From: Camelus ferus
Taxonomy: Eukaryota
Direction of reading: 5' to 3'
Assembly: GCF_009834535.1 (NCBI RefSeq)
Contig: NC_045707.1
Coordinates: forward strand, 59,398,001 to 59,462,000
DNA: 64,000 bases
Position 1 is the first letter of the stretch. The number at the start of each line of letters is the position of its first letter. Below, in pieces: positions 41,201 through 54,400 of this stretch. The notes under the pieces were generated by a model. The model made no database searches. It was not told the DNA's origin and saw only the letters and a program-made list of their open reading frames with translations. A program made the translations under genes and the position numbers.

Positions 41201-44200
41201 TCAATAGTTCTTGTACTATAGATGAAAAATCTGCTAAAAAATTTGGTTTTAGGTTTAAAGAGGAAAAATGAAAATAAAATCTCACGCAAATGGGTAAAAA
41301 TTTAGTTTAATTTTATGGGTTAGCTGACTTATGTCATGTCAAAACTTTATTCTTTTTTGCAGAAATCTTTTCTAGAAACTGTTTTAAAAAACTAGAAGTG
41401 AAATGTTCAGGTAATATTGATTTTTTCCCCAAAATTGTATTTAACATGAAACAGAAGGTGATCACTTTCTAAAATTAAGCATCATTTTAAAAACAACAGA
41501 TACTACCAGGGTGGTTGTTACTCTGTGTGGCACAGTGAACCCAAAGGAAGAAAAACTAGGTAAGAAATACATTCATTATATAATGTGGGAAAAATCACAT
41601 CTATGACAAATCAGTCTACTCAAATTCATATTAGTATTTCTTTAGGAGATTTTTATAAGTATAAAATCTTATATCTTAATCTTTTGCAAGCATCTATAAA
41701 ACATTCTACAGTCTTTAAAAAGATAGTTAAACTTTCCGTTGATGATCTGTTTAAACTTGAACTAGTTATCTCTTCATATCTGCAAAATTCTCTTCCTTTT
41801 TTCTTACTTCAGTTAATAAGATCTACCCTCACCATCACTCAAACTAGAACCATGTCTTTCTCTGTCTTTTAATATGATGTCCCCCTTGGCTTTGAATGTC
41901 CTGCCTCACCCTTAAGGCCATGGTGAAATGTCTCTATACATGTGACACCTCTGAGTTTTCCTTTCAGGGAAAATGAAAAGGTCCCTCCTTGGTGTTCCCA
42001 GACCATCTAATACATTCACCTTATTCAGTTGTTGAAGAGTTTATCTTTTCACTTGATTTATGATTTCAGTAAATGTTGGGATGATTGTGTTCAAATCTTC
42101 TGGCCTATGATAAACAAGTGTTTTTCCCCTTCCAAGAATAATGTAAAACTTCAATTCTACTACATATTTTAACAAGAGGGGGGGTCTGGTCACTTAGAGT
42201 GTTATATACTAAAATTGTCAATAACTTTATTATGCGTTATAAACCCAAAGTCTCAGTATGGCTAAATCAGTGGAATCATTTCCTTTGCATGGCAACAAAG
42301 TGGGTTTTCCTTTCTCTCTTTTCCAACAGTGTATAGACATGAATATAAAGCCTTTTAAAATGAAAACTTGACCGAGCCATAGAACTTTTTCATAGTCTAT
42401 TTCTAGTCTTTTTCCCCCTTCATAATTATAGTTGGTTGTTCACATTTATTTTATTTTTTAAGCTATGTATTTCCTAAGATGCCTATAATGCATGAAAATT
42501 GCAGTGCTGCCTCCAAGTACAGTTGCAGATCCCCTTTTTTTGGCCATAGTGGAGAGTGTGAATCAGAAAAACAGTTAGAAGTGAGTTCCAGAGACAGCCA
42601 ATTATAAAATGGCTTGATAATCTGAAATATTTTCACATAGCCTTTTTATTTTAAAGATGACCTAAGATACTTAAGTTTTGAGAATCCGTATGACACCTGC
42701 AGAAAGAATCTGAAACACGTACATGCCATCGAGAATTTGCAGTCCATTCCTTTAATTCAGTAGTTTTCAGTTTCCTATTCTCATTAGGTACCAAAGAGAA
42801 GACTGAGGCTGGAATAATTCTGAAAAGGGTCTTGGGAATAAGTCGATCAGGTAATATTTTGTTGATATTTCTCATTTTTCAAAAATGATACTTTAAAACT
42901 TGGGAAATGAACTAAAATTTCATTTGCCTAGAATGAGCCCTTCAAGGTAATGATGCCCAAACACAGGCTGGTCATGGAAACGTCCAGGGTTCTGTAACAG
43001 TGTCTTGCCTAAAAGAAGCTGGATGGAGTCAAGATCTCTTCTAACTCTTTTGTACAAGTCTCTGAGGCTAAACAAGTGATCAAGGTCAGGCTTGAAATGC
43101 TTCAAAATAAAATGATCAAATATTGTGTCCTAATACTAGCGTTGCTTGGTGTTTTTCCAACCTAATTTCCTATCTACATCTGACCTGTTTTCCAGTTTCT
43201 CCTGGACACAGGTCTTGTTGAGAATCCCACAGTTTGGCACCAAATCTCATCAACTAACTTAATTTTCCAGGCAAGTTTCTTAAAATGTTTCCACTGAACC
43301 TGTCTTTTGCTTCCCCACATTGACACAGTTACTCTCTCATTATCTACATTATCTAGCTGTAGTTTCCTTGAACACATCCTTCTTCCTAACCCTTTGCATG
43401 TATCTCAAAATCTTGTAAGTTTTTCTGCTGAAAGGACCTGGCCAGCTCTAGTTCTAACCAAATAAACTGAATTCATCAAATCCCCAGAGCATAAGTAACT
43501 TAAGTCTGTAACTTAACGGGTTCAAATTATCTCATGCCCTAAAAGGCTGATGAATGCATTTTCTGAGTCTAGTGATCAATTTTTAAAAACACTTCTAGAT
43601 GATAAATATTTTAACCTGAACCAGGAAGAGTGAATTTAAAGACCCAATTCAACTAAATGTTTAGCTTCTACGTGATCTATTTCCAGAGTGTTGGCTTTGA
43701 AACTTCTCAGTCTTAATGTTTAAGTTTCTATTCATCTAGGCATCCAAAAAAGTAGTTTCACGGAGGTAAGAATGAACAAACCCTTGACTTTATAGTAAGC
43801 ATCAGGGTCAATATCTGAGCTCCACCACTCAGACAAAAAAGATACTCTCTGCTCTGATCTTCTAACAAGACTAACCTAGCATTCCTTCATATACATTCTA
43901 ATTGCCTTTAGTAGGACAACTATGAGGAATTGATTTGAAAGTCAGTGAGGACAGCTTTAATAACTTTGCAAGGATTTGGCAGTAGTTCTATAAAAATTTC
44001 GTTTATAAAGATACAGATTTTTAGAATTCTTGCCATTTTGATGACCTTTATTGCAGCCTTTCTCATCTGGCAATCTGTAAGAAAATAAAACCTTGAACAA
44101 TAATCTGAGTGACAATTTTTTTTTCAATTCTGACAAAGATGGTACATAGCCAGTACCACTCAAGATGCAGTGAAAAAAGAAATTATTTCCTTACATAGAA

Positions 44201-45374
44201 TTGATGCTTCAGGACATTAGGTCTTAATTCTTTTCAAGAATCTTGGTGGAGAAGAGCTAGTAAAGGGACAAGGACGTGAAATCCAGGTAGAATTCTTGAT
44301 CAAACTATGACACTAAGACATTCTGTTGAGCCTTAGGCAGAGGGCAATACCTGGGAATAATGTCACCCTCCAGGCAGCATTACTGACAATTATCTTAATT
44401 ACTCCTACTTATAGACTTACAATTATATAACATGTGGTCTTTTGGCAGGTATTGGGAATGCTGTTAAACGATGGGGAAATACTGCTAAATTGATCTTCAT
44501 TAACTAATTTTTATCATGCTAGTCGAGTATCAAAAACCTTTGAATGGCTCCTTGTTTCCAAAGACCAGATTCTTTAGACATCTTTCAAGCCTTAGTTCCA
44601 CATTTCCCTCCACATTCCTTCTTTTTCCCCATCGTCTCCCATCATTTCCTGCCTTGCTGCTCACGCTCATGGTGTTTCTTCCTCTACAACACATACAACT
44701 CCATTTCCCCCGAATTAATCTCCTCCATCCTCCCAGAGCCCAGGGAGGCTCCTCTGTGCCACCTCTCTAAAACAAGTATGAAGATGCGGTGATTCTCTGT
44801 GAGAACACTCAGGATACTGTTCTGTTATATTTCTAATTGTAGCCCAAATGTTCTTTCTGCCTCCTTAGTTATTCATATGCGTTTTTTCTTCTTCTTTTTT
44901 TTTTTTTTTACCCGGCTACAAGTATATAAAAGCAGTGTTTTGGCTCATACATTTAGCAAGAAAATCAGCATGACCTGGCATCTAGAAATGAGAAAAAAAA
45001 TTAGAACGCTATTTAAGGGAGTGATTTTGGTCCACAAATCATACAAAAGCTTTGATACAGTTTTCAGGCTATTAATGCCATAGGACTGTTGAAAAATCAC
45101 ACACTGAAGCAGGAGACTTGGATTTGAGTCCGAGTTCAGTTTATCTATTTCTCAAGTCGGTAACCAAGCCCATGTAACCACCTTCGCTTTTGGTTCTTCA
45201 CGTGTTAGCGACCTAACTTGCTTCCTAACATCCTCATTCTCAGCTTTAAGTTCTTCAGTGGCGCTTATCTTCACCTGAAATCCTACATGTTTTAATTGTA
45301 ATTTTACCAGAGTCTGTCACCCACTAGAATATAAACTCTATTTTATATTATAACTAGTTATAAAGTACAATGTG

Positions 45375-45406
<32 letters not shown>

Positions 45407-48400
45407 ATTTCACTGCTGAATTCTCAGGAGCTACAACAGTACCTTATTCACAAAAGACAGTCAATATAACTCTGGCGACTGACTAAATGGAGCAATGAAC
45501 CTTGGAACTCCAGAACAGTTTCAAAATCTCTGCTCTAAATTCTCTGTTCTTTCTTCCCAGGATTGTTGGATCACCAGAGAGCAATATGCCCTTTTATCTC
45601 AGCTCCCTGAAGAAATGACTTTACTGAAATATGATTAAATGTTATGCCCTCAGCTTTTAGAGAAATGTCTATTTGAACAGTGTTTTGTCTTTTTTTTTTT
45701 TCATTCCATGACCTCAATTTAAGAAACTTTACAATAAATTTGTCCTTGAATTCAGTGCCCGTAACTTTGTCTTTTCAATCTAAGTTATGCTCTTCTGTTC
45801 AGAAAATGAGAGCTAAATATACTAAGCAATCTCTGTTTGTGTCTCAACTTCCTAGACATGAATTCTGCTCAGTGCTCTGAGGCAGTAATTACCCAGGCTC
45901 AAGCATCTTGTTCTAGATGCTTGGTTTTCACTAGACTCTGTCATTGAATTGTGCCATGTAACTCAATAAACTATATAATATTCTCAAAACCACTTTGGAA
46001 AGAGGCACGTTATAAATCTCAGATAATAAAATAAACCACACATTGTTAAATAGCTGATAAAATAAACATTGTTAATAAAATATGTTAAAACAATGTTAAT
46101 AAAATATAATGCTAATGTCATTGTTATAAAAATCAATGTTAATAAAACAAAATAAACATGGTTGTGTGTGTTTATAGCTTTCAATCAAAAGAGCAATCAT
46201 TGTGTTTTCAGCTAATAAATGGCAAAGGGCAATTGCAGACATCATGAGACCTGAAAAAACTTTATAATCTCAGCCATACTACTTCAAGGATAATGTGCAA
46301 ATAATAAGACAATTCTTTCTATTAAGGAGATGTATTTAACATATTCAGGGATTACTCATAGGTATTATAAATTAACAAGTGTATATTTCCAATTTCCATG
46401 AGAAATTTTGCCTACAAATATAAAAGAGTTGAAGGAAATAGGGAGGGGCGATACATATTAATTTTGACATCTTAAAGAAATGGAGACTTCAATGCTACCT
46501 GTGATTACAGTAATATGCAGCGTGTGGCCAATGATGAATTTGGTTCAGGTCACATTTTTTAAGCGACAAAAGGAGAGCAATTTAAAGAAGGCAATATTTG
46601 TTGATTATCCACTACATGTGACATAGGATAGTATCTCACTTATTCATCATAATGATTCTACAAGGTTGTTATTGTAACTCCCACTTCTCAAATGACAAAG
46701 CTGAGGGTTAGGAAGGGAGATTCCAAAGCTCTTGAGAGACCTCACTGAGATTCAAACTCAAGGCTATCAGACTCCAACATTTATATTCTTTTTGAATTGG
46801 CTGCCCTAAAAAAGGCCCTGTGTTCTTATTTGCTGAATTCTTATGTTACATAGTGCAATGGTAAACTGTATGCCCTCAAAAGATTAAGATAAAATGTATG
46901 TGCTCAAAAGGAGTTTATCCCCCCTTTCAGAACAGGTTTGACAGGGAAGGACAGTGTTTGCTTACATGGGTCCGAGAGGGCTATGAAATAGGAGAATGAG
47001 AGATAAGGGCGCACAGAATACAGTCTTCTAATTATACAGGCAATTAGAGGGATATGCAATTTTCTCTTTTGGTTTAATTGGACTGTTCTGTCTTTTTTTA
47101 ACTGTAAAAAAATGATAAGCTGACAAAACTCGGGAAAGCTGGCTGGTTCTTTAACTTCACTGCCATACTTCACAGAACTAAAGCCCAAACTGAAGCCTTC
47201 CCTAAGGGTATATATACTGATTCTGCAATTATCAAAAACTTCCTAGATTATGGATCTCTTTGAAAATTAGATGAACACTGTGGACATCTGCTCCTATTAT
47301 GCACATATGCCATTTCTTACAAATATTTCCATCCCATTTTAGAGACTTCCTCTGTCTCTGACACTCATCCAAGAACTCAGGTTAGGGCCACCAAACTAAT
47401 GGCAGGGAGGTAAGCTGCTGGTCATCATATGGAAAGTGTCCAGATTCTTTCTAGGCAGCGCAGACCTTTTTGATACTTCTGCCTTTGTGAGCCAAAGTCT
47501 CTGTTTCTTTCTTTTAAGTATTCCTTCCTCCACTCCATAAAAATCCATCAGGTTGGACTGTCCCTTGTCCCATGGACACTGTAACCTAAGGCCCTTTACT
47601 TCATAGATCCCCAGCCTCTGTTCCAGGCCTTCTTCATGAGTACCTCGGACCACAGCCACGGTCTATAAATGGGCTTACAGACCATGGATTTGTGAAAAAT
47701 CTTATCAGAGTGCAACCCTTGTCAACTGCGTAACAAATTCTTCCTCGGATATGCTAATGCCTCTCCTGTACCACTGCTTCTCTTTTGTAACATTTGGTCT
47801 TCTTTTAATAGTTCTAGTCAGAAGTAAAATAATACACTGCCTAGCAAGAACTTGTGTGTGTGCGTGCCAGCATGAGTTAATCTAAATCACGTCTTTAAAT
47901 TAAAATCTGAAAAGAAAAGGTATTATCTCATCGTTGTTCCAGTTTACTGTAGAGTAGATCCTGAGTATTATTTCTAAGGAGCTGCATCTCCTTAAACATC
48001 CTTGAGCATTGTTTAAACATCCTATCCAGCCTGCTGTCTTACTGCAAGCCCCAGTGGCAACTCGTGAACATACCTTCTGTTCCGCTGTCATGGTCAGACT
48101 TTGCAGTCGGCCAGTCATATTCCCTAAACTCTTTTCAAAAGCTGCTACGAGATGAGCCTGTGAACAAAACGGAAGGAACATGTCTTAAGTGTCAGAACCT
48201 TATGCGGATGGATGAAAACCCTTCATTTCAGAAAAAAATTCTAACTGTTTCAGTACTATGACCATCATGGTTAGTTTCCAATGATGACTTGACACACATT
48301 TTCATCTATTATTTTTAAACTTTCCCTTAAAAAAGATCACTGCTTCAGTCTCTTGACATTTAATGTGAGTTCCACTTCTGGAAGGGAACTGTATTTTGCA

Positions 48401-51400
48401 AATAATAACACCTTCTAACTTGCTCATCATGGAGGATTTGACACACAAGAAACTGGACAAAGTTCTGCGTTGCCAAGTTTTTTGACTCAAAGCCCAAGAG
48501 AAGGTCACTACAATAGTTCAATGGATGAATGTTCCTCATTTTGATACCTACACGGTGACCTTTGAAGATATTGTTAGCTCCCCTATGGAAAGGAAGCTCT
48601 CCTTCAAGTGTCAGACATCTGCTGACAGCTATAGCAGCATCTTTCCTCTCTTTCTACTTGCAAAGAATTGGAACGAAAAGAGTTGTCTTCACTTTCCAAA
48701 CTCTTTTCAATAAAAAGGCTTTTATTTCTACTCTATTCCCTTCAACTAAGGACGTGTTGGTAGGCCAGCTAGAAATAATATTCACTTATATCTTATTTAT
48801 GTCTTTGTCGCTTTGGGGTTTTATTTTACATCTCAGAGAATTATACATATTGCTGTACATCACCCTAACTCTTATGATTAAGAAGTATTTGACAATCTTA
48901 CTATAGCTCTAAAACAGACCAGTTACTATTGATACACCATTATGCAACAGCTTGATCCGCAGAGTATTAAGCATGAAAAAATGCTTCGATCTCGCACCGT
49001 GGCTTGAGATAGAACTCCAGGTGTATAATCTCAACGTGATCTAATATTACTGCACACTTAAAAGGATATGAGTATAGAATATTCTACAACCTATATCTAT
49101 AATAAACTATGTGTGGGAGGGAAATCTGGCAATCCTTGGCAAAAGATGAATTTTTTGAGGGAAGGAAGGGAGTAAGAGGACTCGCCGTTCATTGCTTTGT
49201 GACTCTAGCAGAGCTGAAAAGCTGAGGCACCTATTATCAAATGGATCTCAGGAGTCCTAAGAATTGGGGCACTGGAAGTTTATTCCATTATTGGCAACAG
49301 CTAGAATGTACAAGTCCCTTCCATTAGCATCATGATACAAAGGCGTCTTTGTTCCTAGCTCTGAGCTGATCCCGGGATGCCTTTCTCCCCCTGACGCTGC
49401 AATACAGAGAAAGACGTTTTGTGGAGAATGCTATTCATCATCAGTCCATCAGTACAACTCTATTCTTTCCCCAGTCCCTCCTCTGTCCTTCCCCTTTTCC
49501 CTCTCATAAACACTCACATACAAACAATCTTGAGAACTATTCTCAAAGGTTTGTTAGCAGATTTAATTGGACAAATAACACTCCTAAAAAAAAAAGAACA
49601 GTATCATATAGTTGAAAATGTTTTCAGTGACAAGGAATGTCACTACATCAGACTTAGTACCTTCAGAAATGAGCATAAGGTTAGGTGCCAATCTGTCTTA
49701 TATTAACCTTCCCACTATTAAAAGTGAACGAAATGAAAACGCACAGCTCACTGGTTTCTCATCATGAACATTCATGCACTCCCCCTGCCAAGTCAAGAAA
49801 TAGGACATTTCTAGACCCTGGAAGTCCTCCCCTGCCCCTTCCTCACTACTGTTCCCTCTCCCTTCCCTGAAGAGAACCACTGCGGTGACCTGGGGGGGTA
49901 GCTATTTTCTTGCTTCTCTTTATAGTTGGGCCACCTAAGCTTTCATTTCTAGACACTGTGTTTTAGCTTGGCCTATTTTTAAAACTATCCAAGTGGAATC
50001 ACATCGCATGATTTTTTGTGTCCTTTTGCTTAACACTGTGTTTTAAGATTCACTCATGGGGTGTGTAGCAGGGGTTAGATTTTGCTGTAAAGCACTGCTC
50101 TACGTGATTTATAATCGATTTGCCCATTAGTAACTGATTCCAGTTTAGACTATTAAACATAATCCTGCTATGACTTTACAAAGCTAAAATTGCTTGTTTT
50201 CTTTTAAAATAGAAAAACTTTGCTAATATTCACTGAAAAAAAATATGAGAGTCTACACAATGTGGCAAAGTTTTAATTCTCCCAAATAACTATAAAGCTA
50301 ATTTGTTGGATAATGAGTCCTTGAAGGTATAAACTTATAGGCAATTACTTCATTTTACCATCTGTACATATTTTATCAGTTTAATAGGAGTTAAAATATG
50401 ACAAAGAAAGCAGAACTGTGAAGAAAATGTTGTAGCTATTGAGTAAATACAAACTATTCACCATTATAATGTCAGTTTCCAATCTTTGGAAAATTGCTCT
50501 TTATTAATTATTCACAAGAACATGTAACTGATTACAAAAGAGAACATTTAAATTTGAGTCACATTGTTCTCAATGGAAAGTTATGTTAGTGAAATGCTGC
50601 TTTAAGTCTATGTCCCCTTGGCTTAGTTTAATCATACTAGCTTTGTTACTCTGAAGGTAAGAAACAATGAAATTTCTCACCAACTGGACTAATGGAAAAG
50701 GAGTACAAGAAGCAAATAAAGGAAGGCATTTCTATCAGTGAAAATCTCCATCACTTCGTTGGAGAGAAAATGGAATGTAAAACCAAGTAAAACTATAGGA
50801 AAATATATCTTGTTTGAAAAACCTTATAAAATGATGACTTTTTAAAAAATCATGGGTTTTTCACAGGGATTGTTAATCATAGTTTAACTTGGTTCTGACT
50901 TTTTTCTTAGCAGTTGCAAAATTTTCAAGCCAGAAATTGTATCAGCGGGTTGATGAATATTCCCTCCTTGTACTGGGTGAAGTCTGCAAAGGTAATGAAA
51001 TAGACAAGACAGGATACTAATTAAAGGAACGTATTTGTAATACATAATGTCTTTAGTTTTAGAATCAACATAACATAATCTGCAAGGACATGCAAAGAAA
51101 ATTATTGTAAAGAAAATAAACAATATGATGGAATATCATTATGAAAAATGCCTGCATTCCATTGGTTCATTCAGAAGTCAGTGACAGTCCATCAATCAAA
51201 TAACAAAACCTCGATACAGAGATTTAGATGGGGATATAGCTAGTTAGATAGATGGATAAAAAGATGACTTTACATTTGAAAATCAACAGATGAAATGAAA
51301 ATGACTCTGAAAGTATCATAAATAAGATTTCATATTTCTTTGACTGTATACCATTGCCTCTTCAATGTTTTCATTGTTAATTATGTGCAAAATTGTTTTT

Positions 51401-54400
51401 TTCTTAAAGGAGATACAGAAAAACAAGAGTAAACTTCCAGATTATATAAAAATATTAAATAGAGCAAAGGAGTAGGACACAATCCCAAGCAAATGACACT
51501 TGAGAGATTTTTTGTTAAAAGACTTCTGTGCTTAAAGGCAACCCCCCCAAACCCCCGCCAAAAACAAAACCCACAAAAAACAAAACATAACAAAAAACCA
51601 GAAACTTTGGTTTCATTACAAATTCATTCAGTGATGTCTCTGAAATTTGAAAACTGGTAGTAATAACTAGCCTTAGTGCCCATTTCTGGATTATCTGATG
51701 GCTGAGACTCATAAGGAAATATATTAAGACACAAACAAATGCATCCCCCTGGTCTGGCTGCATGAAGCTGTGGGCGAGAGGCCAGAGGGCACCTGGCTGA
51801 CTGTCTTATGTGACTGTACATCCACTGTTGCCTTGGCTGGTGGGGCTCCTGTTTTCTTCCTGTCGGTGGGGTATAGACTTGAAGAAGTCCAGGCAATAGC
51901 CCTTGCCAACATGCCCTTTCTCCTTTCTACATACATCCTAGTGGAAACAGCTCTACAAAGAGGCTTCCCAGGGCTTTCCACAGATCTGCTCAGACAACTT
52001 CATAAGCAGCAGGGAAGGCCCAGTGCCCATTCTACTGAATGGAGGTTATGCTCTGCCAGTCAGATGAAAGGTGAGCTGACTGAATACCTTCCTGACTTAC
52101 CAATGCCCCTTTTAACAAAGGGGAAAAAAGCATTTTAGTAGAGAAGCAGATGTTTCAAATTTAAATATTAAAATACAGATTATTATTATTATTATTGCAG
52201 ATTATTATTGTGTGGGCTCCATATAAATATAATCATGACAGGTCCAAACACGAGACACATCAATTAAAAAAAAACCCCCAAATGAGGAAAACCATTTAAG
52301 TCCTAATAGAATTATTAATATACTGAGTAAAAATGAATAGCTGGATCTTAATATGATTACTAAATAAAAATAATAACAGTTAATATTTTCTCTAAAACCA
52401 AACCAAATCAATAAAGTCAGAAATGAAAAAGAAGTTACAACTAGCATGACAGAAATACAAACGATTATAAGAGACTGCTATGAACAACTATACCAATAAA
52501 ATAGACAACTTAGAAGAAATGGACAAATTCTTAGAAATGTATCATCTTACAAGACTGAACCAGAACGAAACAGAAGATGTGAACAGACCAACTACCAATA
52601 ATGAAATTAGATCAGTAATTTAAAAACTCCCAACAAACAGAAGTTCAGGACCAGATGGCTTTACAGGTGAATTCTATCAAACATTCAAAGAGTTAATACT
52701 ATCCTCCTTAAACTATTCCAAAAACTGCAGAGGAAGGAAGATTTCCAAACTCATTCTATGAGGCTAGCATCACCCTGATACAAAAATCAGACAAAGATAC
52801 CACAAAAAAAGAGAAAACTATAGGTCAATATCACTCATGAACATAGATGTAAAAATCTTCAACAAAATACTAGCAAACTAACTCCAACAACACATTAAAA
52901 GCATCAGATATACACCATGATCAAGTGGGATTTATCCCAAGGATGCAAGGATTTTCCAATATCTGCAAATCAATCAATGTAATACACCGCATTTACAAAT
53001 TAAAGAATAAAAACCATATGATCTTCTCAATAGATGTAGAAAAAGCTTTTGGTAAAGTTAACATCCATTTATGATAAAAATGCTCCAGGAAGTGGGCATA
53101 GAAGGAACATACCTGAACATAATAAAGGCCATATATGACAAACCCATAGCTAACATCATACTCAATGGTGAAAAGCATTTCCAGTAACATCAGGAATAAG
53201 ACAAGGATGTCCACTCTTGCTACTTGTATTCAACATAGATTTGGAAGTCCTAGCCATAGCAATGAGAGAATAAAAAGAAATAAAAGGAATCCAGATTGGA
53301 AAAGAAGAAGTAAAAATGCCAATGTTTGCAGATGACATTATAGTATACATAGAAAACCCTAAAGATGCCACCAGAAAACTATTAGAGCTCATCGTGAATT
53401 TGGTAAAGCTGCAGGATACAAAATTGAGACACAGAAATCTGTTGCTTTTCTATACACTAAAAATGAACTATCAGAAAGAGAAAATGAAATGATCCCATTT
53501 ACCATTGCATTGAAAAGAATAAAATACTTAGGAATAAACCTACCTAAGGAGGTTAAAGACTTGTACTTGGAAAACTATAGGACACTGATGGAAGAAATTG
53601 AAGAAGACACAAACAGATGGAAAGATATACCATGTTCTTGGGTTGGAAGAATTAATGTTGTTAAAACGACCATGTTACTCAAGGCAGTCTACAGATTCAG
53701 TGCAATCCCTATCAAATTACCATTGACAATTTTTTGCAGAAATAGAACAAATAATTTTAAAATTTATATGGAAAGACAAAGACCCTGAATAAATAAAAGA
53801 CTGATAAGGGGTTAATATTCAACATACATAATCAGGCCTTACAGCTCAACATCAAAAAAAAAAACCCAATTAAAAAATAGGCAGAAGAACTGAATAGATA
53901 TTTTTCCAAAGAGGAAATGCAGATGGCCAACAGGCACATAAAAAGATGCTCATCATCTCTAAACATCAGGGAAATGCAAATCAAAACCACGGTGAGATAT
54001 CACCTCACATCTGTCAGAAATGCTATCATCAAAAAGAACACACATAACAAATGCTGGAGAGGATGTGGAGAAAAGGGAACCCTTGTACACTGTGGGGATG
54101 TAAATTGGTGCAGCCACTGTGGAAGACAGAACGGAGGTTCCTCAGAAAATGAAAAACAGAACTACCACATGACCCACAATTCCACTCCTGGGCACATATC
54201 TGAAAAAAAACCCCACTAATTTGAAAAGATACATGCACCCCAATGTTCATAGCATCCATTATTTACAATTGCCAAGGTATGGAAGCAACCTAAGTGTTTA
54301 TCAACAGATGAATGGATAATGAAGATGTGCATGTATACAGTGGAAGTCTACTCAGCCATTAAAAATGAAATTTTGCTGTAGCAACATAGATGGACTTGGA

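Noticed and set aside
53489..54219. Two ~100-aa ORFs as genes
   Set aside because: They are frameshifted fragments of L1 ORF2.
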